Shown here: one piece after another, positions 12,228 through 24,774 of the stretch
Position numbering within the stretch: position 1 is the first letter of the stretch
Layout: each line of letters starts with the position of its first letter
Origin: Antedon mediterranea
Taxonomy: Eukaryota; Animalia; Echinodermata
NCBI RefSeq assembly: GCF_964355755.1
Contig: NC_092680.1
Span: 16,811,045-16,875,044 of the forward strand
Direction of reading: 5' to 3'
DNA length: 64,000 nt
Program-made: the position numbers and the translations under genes
The notes under the pieces: generated by a model
What the model was told of the DNA's origin: nothing
Databases searched by the model: none
What the model saw: the letters and a program-made list of their open reading frames with translations, nothing else

Positions 12228-13709
12228 TCTATATATAAATTTACGTAAGGGCAAAATTCGGTAAATCGCGCCTTACTTTTAGAATTTTTACTCGATGGTA
12301 TGTAAAGTTGGTTCGTACTTTCGGTACTGATTTTAACCACCTGATTTAACCCTGTTTACTAATTAAATTAAGTTAGATAATTAGTTATTGACGATTAAAA
12401 CGAATTTAGGTTCAAAGATTTGCCCCAAATAGGGGTGTTTTCCGATCGTGGTATACACTGTCTAATGGATGTCCATCTTGAAAAATACCCGCCACAAAAA
12501 TGCGAGGAGGCTTCGCATTTTTCTATCTCCTCCTACGATAATTGTTTTTAATAGCTGAAAACCGGTTGAACAGTTCGAGTACAGCATCATAATGTTGAAG
12601 ACAGGCCGATTTTCTTTAAAATATACTATTTTGATACATTTAATATACGTTTTTACAAATGTATTGATTTGTGATGAATGGAACATTCCAAATTATTTGG
12701 TTTAACCATACAGGTATAGATTTAGATTTATGGGCCTCCTTGGAGAATAAACATAAATAGTATTGCAATGCTGTACAATACTGTTAAGGTATTAACCACT
12801 TTTGATCGCAATTTGAATCGCAAATGTCTTACTGTGAGTGTCGGTACTGTTAGATGTAATATAAAAATATATACAAATAAACTTTATTACTGTGAGTGTG
12901 GGTAGGCCCTACTGTTAGATTATAAACATATAATATACAAATAAACATTCCAAATTATTTGGTTTAACCATAGAGGTATAGATTTAGATTTATGGGCCCC
13001 CTTGGAGAATAAACATAAATAGTATTGCAATGCTGTACAATACTGTTAAGGTATTACAAATAAACTTTATTACTGTGAGTGTGGGTAGGCCCTACTGTTA
13101 GATTATAAACATATAATATACAAATAAATAAACGTTATTACTGACAGTTGCTTCTCAACGTTTGTATTAATTAATAATTTAAAACTATATAAACGTCGTA
13201 GTGGTGTATCGTTACATGTACTTTACTATTTCAATCGACTATGACAGTGAGAGTTTTAACAAAGTACCGTATTAAATCGTAAATGTTTTACTGTATTTAG
13301 TGGTATATTATTTATAGGCCTATAAAACATTAAAAACAATATTTCGTTACTGAGTGGTGGATAAGAATATATTTTAAAATGTTTCCTCTTTGTACCTATC
13401 TTCTTCCCCCATCCCTCAACCCTTAATGTTACATACAAAACACAAATTGGGTTTGTTTAAATGAGTCCAAATAAAAAATTTTGACTCATTTTGTTTCTCT
13501 CTCGGAAGTAATTCTCAGGGTGCTAATTTTGGTTGATTACATAAATCATTGTGTATATTTATTCGTTTCTGTAAACGACAATGTATTATAGTCCTGCGGT
13601 ACGTACATTTGAAATCTCCATTTTTTTCTCGCTGGAAATACTGTGTATTCGAGAACCATCTGTGGGCACGACCTAGATGGTACGCGAGCGAAGCGAGCGT
13701 GCCATCTAG
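12228..13709 (+). mobile_element. Non-autonomous Helitron (1482 bp) inserted in the NLR-B coding exon
   Basis: 5' end TCTATATATAAAT and 3' end ...GCCATCTAG. A GC-rich terminal hairpin is present (CTAGATGGTACGC / GCGTGCCATCTAG). There is no target-site duplication (T|T site), and exact removal restores the reading frame. Internal direct duplications lie at about 12682-12793 / 12944-13055 and 12872-12945 / 13055-13127. Confidence 0.88.
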
Positions 13710-15478
13710 TATTGATAAATTTGACATGCTCAGATAAGCACTAAGTGCATTTACTACAGCAATTCTGTATTCCTCTTTTACGATGCGTAATTGAGTAGTT
13801 AAGCTGCGATATGTTGTTAAACTATTTGTTATCCAATGATTCAAGAATTTATCAGCCTTCGAGCCTAAGAAGCCAATTGTAAACTCCCTTGCAACCTTCA
13901 AGTAATCATTGTCTATTATACTAGTACGCCATTCGTATTCCTCCAACAGTGGGTCGTTTTCTATATTCCCTCTGTGTTGCATTTGTGCACATTGTTGACT
14001 TTCAGCGGTCTGTAGACTTACTTTAGAAAAATAAAATCCTACTAACGCCTCTACCAATAACTTATGAGGAGCTGCAAAAGTTTCTTCAAACCCATATTTG
14101 GAATGTGGTGAATCTTGATACACAAACCCCAATTTTAAAGCCAATGTGACTGCATCTTTACTTCCCTTTAAGCTTCTTTTGTTGATATACAACTGGTTGG
14201 TTTTGAGACTTTCATAAAACCCTCTTCCTAGTACAAGAATTGCGTCAATTAATTCGTTTGGTGTACTTTCTAAGTTATGAATTTTCTGATATTTTCCATC
14301 TTTGATGTATTGATTTAAAATACTTCGAAATACTTCTTCAAATAGAGCTGCCTTTTCTGTTGGAATTTCTTGTTTTTCTTCCCAAATGATACAAATGGAG
14401 AGAAGAAGCATTGGATTTTTTACCATTGAAAGTACTTCCCAATGTTCGATTCCATCTTTATGAAGCTCTTCAATTAAAGATTCTCCTAAATTTGGTGCTT
14501 CAAAATATTGAAAGTGCTTTGTAATGTATTTCTCTATGTTATTTCTATCAAATCCTTTAACTTTAACATGAAAATCACTTGCTTTAATGTATTCATCTAT
14601 ATTTTCTGACCGTGAAGTAAGTATCACGACACAATGTTCCATTTCTTCTCCTTTGATCAGATTTATCGGGTCATCAACTCCAATCTTTAATTCGTCTAAC
14701 CCATCCAAAAACAAAACTATTTCATTTTCATGATCAAGGATGAATTTTTTAATTATTCTTGGATTTGCTGGAAGTTCAGTCTTCAAACTGAAATGCTTTA
14801 ATTTTATATGTTTTATCATTACATCTAGGATATCTTCACCACTGTTTATGTCTCTGATATGAACAAGAAATACTATTTTGCCTTGGAAAGTAAGATCTGT
14901 TTTCTTCGCCCATCCATAAGACAGATATCTGAGTAATGTTGTCTTTCCAATACCACCTTCGCCATCTATAAGAACTTTGCAAGCAGGTTTAGTCTTGATA
15001 ACAGATAAAAGCTCACCTAGTTTAATCGGGTTTGAATCAATTTTGTTTTGCTTTTCTTTCATCAGGTCAAGATCGGTGAACATATAAGCCATGTCCACCT
15101 TATAGCGTGACTGCATAATTGCTGGTGTAAACTCATTTGTTTTGATGCAACGCTTCCTTTGTTGTTCAAAGAGGTACTCTCGAATAATATCATCTGAAAA
15201 TGTTCATCAAAAGCATTTCATTACTATATTTGTTTAAAAATACATTTAAAATTTACATTTATAAGGTTTTTGACATATTTTTCAGGAATAGAAATATGTG
15301 GTATGCTTATTCAACATTTCAAGAAATACGAGCTAAATGGTAAGTTATAATCAAATTTATTTTAAAAATTGATAAACTTACCTTTACTTCTGATCTTTTG
15401 CCGTTTATGTTGAGATGGACCCATTTCATTGCCTGGAACGAAAGAATATTACATGTTTTATATTTGAATTTAGGCCAT

Positions 15479-15509
<31 letters not shown>

Positions 15510-18331
15510 ATACTTTATTTTAACACGGAAAAGCTTGTGTCAATCACAAGTCTCTTATTATAAATACGGATAAAAAAAACGTTGTTGCAAGAAACTGAAT
15601 GTAAATATGCCCATGTACATTTATTACATAACAAAATTGTATAAACAATATACAATAGTCAAGTTTAAGGTTCTTGATGCTACAAACTAGCCTAGGTGAT
15701 ATCTCTAACATTTACACAATTACATTAACATTTTTTTATAATTTAGTTTGACTTAAACTTGTTATTTCGAAATGTCAAACCTCAAAAGTATACGACGAAA
15801 AAGGTTAAAAAATTGTCCCATTGTGACAATAAAGAAGTAGGCATGTATGCGTTTTGTTCATGACGTAATTTGCTCCATCGAACGCAATTCAGAGATGCTA
15901 TGCTTAATGCATTTTATTATCTGAATTTTGGTTGCTTATTTTAGGCCTATACATTGTGCATTGCTTTATATCTTAGTTTTGATAATTTTTTTATTTCATC
16001 TAATTTATAGTGGACCTCTTAATGTCAGTTTTTTTGTAATAATACAAAATTTAGGTAATATAATCTGTGTGTGGAAAAATGTATTCTTTTATTATTACAC
16101 CTTTTGTATTATAAATTAAATTGTAGCATACCATCAATAAAACACTTCTCAGCCACGTCCATTCCATTTTTCCGTAAAACCTCCCTAAATGCTTCTATGT
16201 TTTCTTCTTTCAGTATCCCTTGTGTTTCAAGGTCCGCAATCAAGCTCCAACTGTCTTTATATTTCTTAAGTCCTAGTAGAAAGTTGTATCTTCCATCAAG
16301 AAACTCTATATTGGATTCAGTAAGTTCTTTGCCGAAATTTAGAATATTTATTCTGTATTTTGTGAACGATGTTACCTGAAGTTTATCAATATTCTGGAAG
16401 TGATACAATTTCTCTTTAATTGTTGACGTAAAACCAGATTGGTTAGTTACTTTCACTGTGTCGTACAGAATTGTAAGTTTTTTTTCGTTCAATATTCCAG
16501 GCCCAACCAAATGAGATAGCAATTCTGTTACATTCGATGCTCTTTGCAGATGATTTACGTCAACAATGTCTCTAAATAAAACTTTTAGCATTCCAAGAAG
16601 TCCACGTCCATCACACCATGTTGCAAGGTCCATAACTAACTGCCTGAATTCATCCTTTGAGAGATCTACAGTTAAATAATAATACATTATACGGTAAGTT
16701 GGTTTTAACTTGGCATTCATGGTGAAATGTCACGTCACAAAAATTTAAATATAATAATGATCATAACAAAAAAAAATGAAAATAAAAAGATCTTCCTAAG
16801 CAGGAAATTAAAGTAAATGCATATACATTACACCAAACTCATATTCATTACTTTTTAGTGCAATAAACCCTAATCACACACACAGTAGGTCTCTTAACAT
16901 GATGGAGTTTTATGATGGTGTTGTGTACTGTAAGGGGGAAAGGTGTGCACTCTGAGAATGCCCTCTAGCTATTATCGATATTGTACCGTTTAGTGTAATG
17001 TTGTTTCCCTGGATCCGCCATTTATATGTAACCATTTTAAATTATTAATTAGCGAACAGTTACAAGTTACAAACATATTTATATTATCACTCTGTTAATC
17101 AATCAATTAGTAGCCGCTGGCAATAATATTGATATCTTTATTCAGGAGGTACCCTTAGTTTCAGTGTTTCCCTCATATATTTACCTTGGTCTGGTTGGCA
17201 TATGGATCTCGACGATGACGCCTTATCTCCATCATCGTCATCTTCACTACCTGTGTACAGATGTGATAAATTATTTAGCATAATAAACGATGAATGAAAT
17301 GTTTTATCGGTTTGTAATAATAAATTAAGAAGCTGTTGTGAAAGAAATAATGAAACTCCCTAGAAGGTATTTATCATTTCGTAATTTAGCATTGGTTTGA
17401 TGAAAATTATATTCATCGCAATATATATGATATATTTTGTATTACTGAAAATACAATATTTCTTTTTTAAGTTGGCCTAATTTCAGTTGCTTATCGTTTA
17501 CATTAGGCTAATGGAGAGCATAAGTTAATAATGTTGCTTTACATGGGAATTTGTTTCCGCGGAACGATAAACAAGAATTTAAACATTAGGATTAGGCATG
17601 CGCATACTTTCTGACGTAAACTGTTCCAGAAATTTAATTACGCAGATTTAAAACTTTAAAAAATATTACTAAAGCAACTCAGTCTATCAACTCAAATGTA
17701 CGGTACTATCATTGTCTAACGATTTCTTATAACCTACAAAAGTCTTAAAATATTAGGACTACTGTTTTATCTTTTCTGTTATTACATTCATTTGTTTGCA
17801 ATCTTATCGACGCCGACTCATCTCCATCATCATCATCATCTTCACTACCTAGATAAAGATGAATCATAATTAGACCATTCTAGGTAATTACTGATGAACT
17901 CAATTTAAAGTGGTAATATGACATTTTAAAATATTTTTATAGGCCTAGTTTTCCGGGGTCACGCAGCTTGGATTTAACTATGACCTGATTATTTATACAT
18001 TCCACATTGTTTAACTTTCAACCGGATTAAAATGCTACTATATTTCCATGTACAATATAAATAATAGCCAACATAAAATAGATTAATTTACCCTCTTCTT
18101 CAGCTGACATGCTTTCAGACATGTTGTAGAATCTTCTAAAAACAGATTATAAAGAGAAATGTTTATTAAAATTACTTTGAAGGTGACTTTCAAAATTGAA
18201 AATCGAAAATGTATGATTAGGCTATACATTATTTTATTATGTATGATTATACATTGTATTTAATTAAAATTTGAACTTTGTACTCCACTGAATACGTATA
18301 CGTTTATACAATAGATAAGTAGGAATAAGCA

Positions 18332-18433
18332 AACTTTATGTGACAAAACAATGTGCCTATATGGACATGATGATGACACTACCATATTTGGGCATACCAC
18401 TACCATATTTAGGCACATTGCACTTTTTTTGTT
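18332..18433. mobile_element. Degenerate internal part of the AGCTCTGTCTACAC MITE family
   Basis: The core aaactttatgtgacaaaa...tatatggacatgatgatg...cactaccatatttgggca matches the copies at 21150, 21750 and 22081. The TIRs are lost. Confidence 0.65.
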
Positions 18434-19158
18434 GAGTGCGTACTTGCTATATTTACGTAGTACAATGATTCAGGATTAATGGTTTTGAACCTTTCAAAGA
18501 TTACTGGGCGGTTAACAGTTTCGTTATGCCTGTAAATTTATAATTTATATAATACTTATGCCAAATATTTGGCTACTCTGTACAACATTGATACAAAAAA
18601 AAACCAATTCTGTTGTCCACATTCAACTGAATTAATTTTCTTATATAAAAAAAATTAAAATCTAGTAATTGCCTTACTAACAGTGCTAGTTCGTTCTAAT
18701 CGTATCCATGGTTTTTTAATCACCCGTTGAAGTACTTGAAAATCTTTTTTCTTTCATATAAATATCGGGGTGTTGTTTCTACAGTTACTAAATTCATCGG
18801 AGGTGGAACTAAATTTAGAAAATTAGACCAGGTATCACAAGCAAGCTTTCAGGTCCTATTGGACGATATATATGTGTGGGGCAAATCAAAACCTAATTGT
18901 TTGACTAGATATGCCAAAAATGTTAGAACAATGGTTTATTAAAAAGTGTCTTAATTTAGGCTACTCACCATTTACAGCAGCCGTCAATCTTTCTCCAATA
19001 GAAAGTATCACATTTTCCAGGCTCTTTGTTGGACAACAGCCACACAAGTATTGTATCGTATTTCTATGCACAATGTATATTTGCTCTTGTAAAACAAACA
19101 TCGTTTATTAATATTAAGTACAAAGTTCTTCTGACATAGGCCTACAGAAGTATGGTAA

Positions 19159-19397
19159 GGCCAAACTAAAATACAATTTTTAGTTCACGTCCGGGATTTG
19201 AAAATGATGGGTTTATAGATTGTGATGTACCAAACATGAGAATGATAGTCAGATGTTTAAACTGCGGCTAAAATGGATCATGTAATTCGATGAAAAATTG
19301 AAATTTTTTTTTAGTTTGTTACTAAATAAAATTATTCCATAAACAATAAAATAGCCAATAGAGGACGTGAAACTAAAAATTGCTTTTTAATTTGGAC
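19159..19397. mobile_element. MITE with GGCCAAA termini (Zator- or Harbinger-like)
   Basis: TIR ggccaaactaaaatacaatttttagttcacgtcc / ggacgtgaaactaaaaattgctttttaatttggac, flanked by taa/tta. Confidence 0.65.
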
Positions 19398-19842
19398 TTA
19401 CTCTTATCTAGTACATTTTTTTTAAGTTGGTCTATATTTAGAATTTTACTGATGTTATGCTGCAACAGGCTTAAATTATGTTTTAGGGGGAACGTGGCTG
19501 TCTAGCCACTACGATAGCAATTTACACAAGCAACTGTAGGTTAATTTGGCGGTTTGTTTCAGTGAAATAAAACGGCAGAGGGCGGTGGTTTGACTGACGA
19601 CTGACGGTATTTATAGAACAACACAGTTCTTTATTAGAAGAAAAAAAACGTTCAACTCCTCAAAATGTATGTGTGACAATTATTAGCTTTTATTATCACT
19701 ATTGGGCTGTTGATCCTAATCAACTGATAATCACGGTATACATACCTCTTTACAGAATAATAATAAAATATAGTTAGATTATATTGAACATACATTTCTA
19801 CCAAACTAAATGTGCAACTGTATTTTATCTTCACTGCTCAAC

Positions 19843-20068
19843 CAAGGCAATTTAACAGGATACTGAGCTCTGGAGATCAAAGGGTTCAACTTTGGCTGCG
19901 AACGATCTGTTCAACGTCCCATAAATTAACAGACATCGCCCGCCGCGGAGAATGTGTACATAGTACAGTACTGTGGTATTTGTCGCAGCCAGACATACTG
20001 TAAAGAACTGTTACGAGCTCCTATCTTGGCAAGGCGAGCTCAGTGTCCTGTAGTATTAGATTGCCTTG
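19843..20068. mobile_element. P-element-like MITE with 7-bp TSD
   Basis: gctcaac|CAAGGCAATTTAA-CAGGATACTGAGCTC ... GAGCTCAGTGTCCTG..TTAGATTGCCTTG|gctcaac. Confidence 0.75.
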
Positions 20069-21149
20069 GCTCAACTAAACTCGTACCCACTTTTCTGTAA
20101 ATAAACAGTTTGTTTTTAATTATTTTGAATTAATTACAAAATATAAATGCAATCAAAAATGTGTTATATTAAGCAATAGAAAACATGGTTGAATATTCTA
20201 CGCTGCTTTATCGCAAAGGGGCAGCACAAAATAGGTAACAAGCACAGCACTGATAAATTGGCCTATCTACACAACCAACCCATATGTTAATTAAAAAGTC
20301 TGTATTTATTGTCTTTTTTTTAGTCCACCCGTTGGGCTCACAAAAATATTTGGGAGCTTAAGTATTATACGTATGAAACGCTATATGTGTCAAAATTAAT
20401 TAATATGACAATGTTAACTTTACATGAGAGAGTACAGCTATTAATAACCAATATATTTTGTCTAATTAATATGTTGCTTATACTGAGAAAGGTATCAAAT
20501 ATAACAATTTATTTGTTTCGATTTTGTTGACACCATTTATTTTTATTTCCATATATTCATGTGCAAATTCAAAGTTATGTTATATTTGTTACGGAACACA
20601 TAACGTTGAATATTAATTTATTACAATTATGAATTTAACAATTGTCAATGCGTGAATGTGACCCACACAAAACTCTACAGGGGTGAGAAAAGATGTTTAA
20701 ATAATTCTACAAAAGTGATTTTCGATTTCCTTCAATTCAGTATTTGAAAGATACAATACACAATATGCCTGTTCCACGTAATGAATGTTTACTTAAAATA
20801 ATTTGAAAAACAATATAGTAATCTATCTTAATTATAATAATACAATATACAACAATTAAATCTAATATATGCATTTTAATATTTGGGATTACTATCTATG
20901 AAGGAATGTGAAAATATTTACTATTTACAAAAAAAATGTTTCATTTTGAGAGAAAAAAAAATAATTTATTTTACAACCACAACAATGATGAAGTATTTTG
21001 AGGTAAAGTACTACTTTTGTACTTAACAAACAAGCTAACTTTAATTACGATAACGTTAATTAATGTTAATTAACCTTTGATATTCAAATTCATTTTCTGT
21101 AGAGCACAAAGTTTTCCAAATCGAATACGCCAAACAAATACAATTCTAA

Positions 21150-21278
21150 AGCTCTGTCTACACTATCAAACTTTTTGACAAAAAATATATGTCCCTACCA
21201 TATTTGGGCATATCACTACCATATTTGGCTACATAACATTTGTTTTTGTCTAACTAGTTTGATAGTGTAGACAGTGCT
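21150..21278. mobile_element. MITE, AGCTCTGTCTACACTATCAAAC TIR family (PIF/Harbinger-like)
   Basis: TIR agctctgtctacactatcaaac / gtttgatagtgtagacagtgct with TA(A)-rich flanks. Confidence 0.85.
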
Positions 21279-21749
21279 TTAGTTAGTGCTAATGTTTTCA
21301 AATAGCATTACGATGTTTGTGGTTGTTTAGAAACAAGATGGCGCCTGTTGTTCAGCAACAAGGCCTGCAAGACAGTTGGCCAAACTCTGTAACACTCTGA
21401 ATCAAACAAAGTTCATCTGATTCAAAACACATTAGCAATTGGTAGCACCCACTTTAAAAAGCATCAAAATATTACTGTTCAACTTAATATTATATGTACG
21501 ATTATTTAAAAATTAAACAACTGAATTGATTGAAGTCCAACATTTTAATGAATATTACCTCAAAGGAACACTGAACTCAAAGGAACACTGAACACTCAAA
21601 GAATACATCAAGTACAGATTTGTAAATAGTAATTTTCTATAAACCAATTGTTTCTATAGTATAAATTATCATTTCTAGATTATTAATAGATCTAATTATA
21701 ACATGAAAGAAATAGAAATACTATAAAAATACGACTTTACACTGATTAA

Positions 21750-21882
21750 AGCCCTGTCTACACTATCAAATTTTATGTGACAAAAAAATGTGATGTCCAT
21801 ATATGGACTTGATGATGTCATATCACTACCATATTTGGGCACAAGGTTTTTGTCAAACTAGTTTGATAATGTAGACAGAGCT
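21750..21882. mobile_element. MITE, same family
   Basis: agccctgtctacactatcaaa ... gtttgataatgtagacagagct. Confidence 0.85.
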
Positions 21883-22080
21883 TTACACTTAAGAATATTC
21901 AGCTATTTAATAGTAAACGTGTATGCTTTCACCAATCTTAAATCTTCTATTTTGTAATTAATGATAATTGATCAACATTCACAAAGTCAAAAAAAAAAAC
22001 CTGCCTGCAGTCTTTTTCAAATCAGAATCAATCAATCAGAATCACAGAATTTATCGTGATTACAATGATTATAAATATTA

Positions 22081-22231
22081 AGCTCTGTCTACACTATCAA
22101 ACTTTATGTGGCAAAAAAAATATGATATGCCCATATATGCACTGTCATATCACTGCCATATTTGGGTATATCACTACCATATTTGGGCACATCACACTTT
22201 TTTTGTTTAGTTTGATAGTGTAGACAAAGCT
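22081..22231. mobile_element. MITE, same family
   Basis: agctctgtctacactatcaaac ... gtttgatagtgtagacaaagct. Confidence 0.85.
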
Positions 22232-24774
22232 TAATTAAAAACACAAAATACATCACCAATGCAAATATAATTATAACTATACTGTACATGAAATATTATG
22301 AGTTGAATAAACACCAATGGTGGTTATAAATATACTATAGTTATGCGTACATTGTTTGCCGCCCTCTATTCTGTAGAAATCCTAACAGCCAAATAATATT
22401 ATAAATATTTAATTGTTGGAGAACTTGAGTAGTTTAATTAATAAGCTACACACTAAAAGTTTAAACATGGTGTTTTGTTTGATATGCAAACGCTTTATCC
22501 TATTACCACTTGGTATTAAGTCGTTTTTACCGTCAACATGATACAGTGGAACAAATTGTGAACATTCAACATGATCCGCCAAGTTGATGCGCACTCATTT
22601 TAAGCATAATTTCAGAATGTAAGATCTCCATTGAGATACAAATGTACATCAAATATAAAGTTTCTATCAGAATATTTATTAATTAGTTTACTTCCAACGT
22701 CCAATTCCAAGAATTGGTGAGATCAGCATTTTGAAATATATATATATATGATTAGATTAAGGTTCTTTGCTAGAAGTATTAATTGAATAATCAGCTACAT
22801 ACCACCTTCAGTAAATAAACCACATTTGTTGTTTTAAAATCTTCAAATGATAGGAATTTGTTAATATTCCTGTTACCCCGCGTGACATATCCAACATGTT
22901 TCATAATTTTAGCAGTCAGGTATTTAGTGACAGCTATGTACATTACGACTGTTGATGAAAAATGTGTGGCCTAGGCCATACATGATTATATGAATATAGT
23001 CCAAAATTGAGAAGGTGGTATAATGTTATCTTATCTGATACAGTAAAAGGCTATAACTACCGTATAATGACAACACACATATACTTAATCACTGCAATGC
23101 CTTTAAACAGAATAACATATAAAATACAATTCGTATTATTTATAAGGGAATCTATTATAGGTACTTGGAATGGCAGTCAATCTTACAGGGTGAATATATC
23201 ATATATTATTTATCTAACTGAAAATATAATCTATTTCTAACTAATAAAGATTTCTATAAATGTACAAGAATTATATGAAGATAATTTCAGCATGGTTTAA
23301 AATTTACAAATTTTACTAAAGTATATACTTAAGGCAATTGATACATTTAACTGTACCCTCTAGAGGAGCATACTGCTTTAAAAAAAAATACAAGCATAAT
23401 CAAAACTTTTCGAACCACATCATTATTTCAAAACGCAATAGCTACGCCAATTTTGAGTTGTTGTTAAGGTGTTTTATATGCTAATAAAGTGATTATGTAT
23501 AAAGCTGTGTTTACAGAAGGGATGTAATCGTTACAGACTTTCCCCTAAGCTGTCCATAAAATAGTACCAAGAGGAAATAATGCATGGCGTATGATATGAA
23601 ACCAACTAATCACGAATGGCAAAGATCACATATAATGGCAGTATACTGTACCTCCATGGTTATAATGTACAATTTAGACTGATTGATTAATGACTATAAA
23701 AATTCACCTGCATTTAAATTATAAAATTAATATTAAAAAAACCTGAATAATAAAAATTAGTCTAAATGACGATTTAAATGGTGATCTAAGTAACCATAAA
23801 CTGTCAGCTTTAGCGAAAACTCAATGCTGAAATCGCTGAAGTGAAACGTTCCCCCAGCATCACAATACTTAAATGTGCATGTGTGTAGTGGAACAAACTT
23901 GTGCACTCATGCAGAACATCTTCTTGATGTATGCCGTATACCACAGGTAGCAATACAAGATTGTGTAGTTTTAACTGAAAAAATTGAAACATAATGGTGA
24001 TATCCCAGACATATAGTATTAAATATAATAACATTCAAGGCACAGATCAAAGTTTCACCATAATTGAGTGATCTCCCAGCTTTTGATAAAGGTCTTTTCT
24101 GTTTTGGATACAAAATATTGCATAATATTCCAAATTTAGGTTCTATTACAAAACATATGTCAGACTTGGACTGTGACTGACAAACACATTGTTTTCTATA
24201 AATGCTGTTGCCCAAGATTTTCAAATAGAACGAAGAGGTATGCAGTACTCTATGGTTTGAACATGCTGATTTTCGACATTTTTTTAACCCCAGTCAAATA
24301 TTCCTTATTGAAGAATATTGTGGTGACCTAGCTGTAAGTGTGATAGTGGTAACACAGTAGTAAATTTGCTACTAAAAATACAGAATTAGGGAGCAACGGT
24401 TCATCATGGTCTTCTAACAAAACTCTCTTTCAGACACCTCACAAACATTACCACTATCCAAGATCATCACAACACAACCACTCATACAATAAACTTATTT
24501 ATTTATAGCATATAACTTCCAACACGCCTGTACATTAATCAAAGTTTTTGAATATTTCAATCATGGTGTACCACAATCACCAATCAAAAAGACAAATTAG
24601 TTTAATAAACCATGTTTACACGACTGCCAATTATATAATCTACTGCGGACTAACGCATTCGACACTTCATCTAGTTCTGTCTACACAGGGTCAGGTCAAT
24701 CTATGAACACAAGAAGACGTATATTAGAAATCAAGAATGAAGGGAAAATATAACATCAATTTATCTTACCTGTT

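Larger units (their letters stand above)
9380..18122 (-). pseudogene. NLR-B: DED-DED-NACHT-LRR paralog disrupted by a Helitron insertion and a 2-bp deletion (about 1690 aa if repaired)
   Basis: Exons 18122-18092, (17848-17786, weak donor), 17250-17185, 16665-16132, 15432-15382, and a last exon from 15193. Walker A GEGGIGKTT, Walker B FLDGLDEL. Removing 12228-13709 restores SNLSIKPQID (NLR-A: THLSIKPNID). Frameshift at about 11879: ATA ACA T TTT GCT TTG versus NLR-A ATA AAT AAT TTC AGT CTG. Confidence 0.85.

Noticed and set aside
11781-12254. 157-aa ORF as a separate gene
   Set aside because: It is a fragment of the NLR-B last exon between the Helitron and the frameshift, and its start lies within the Helitron.
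19652-24224. Scattered 60-105 aa ORFs between NLR-B and SNX27
   Set aside because: AT-rich or MITE-derived frames without splice structure or recognisable motifs. The region is probably SNX27 3'UTR or intergenic.
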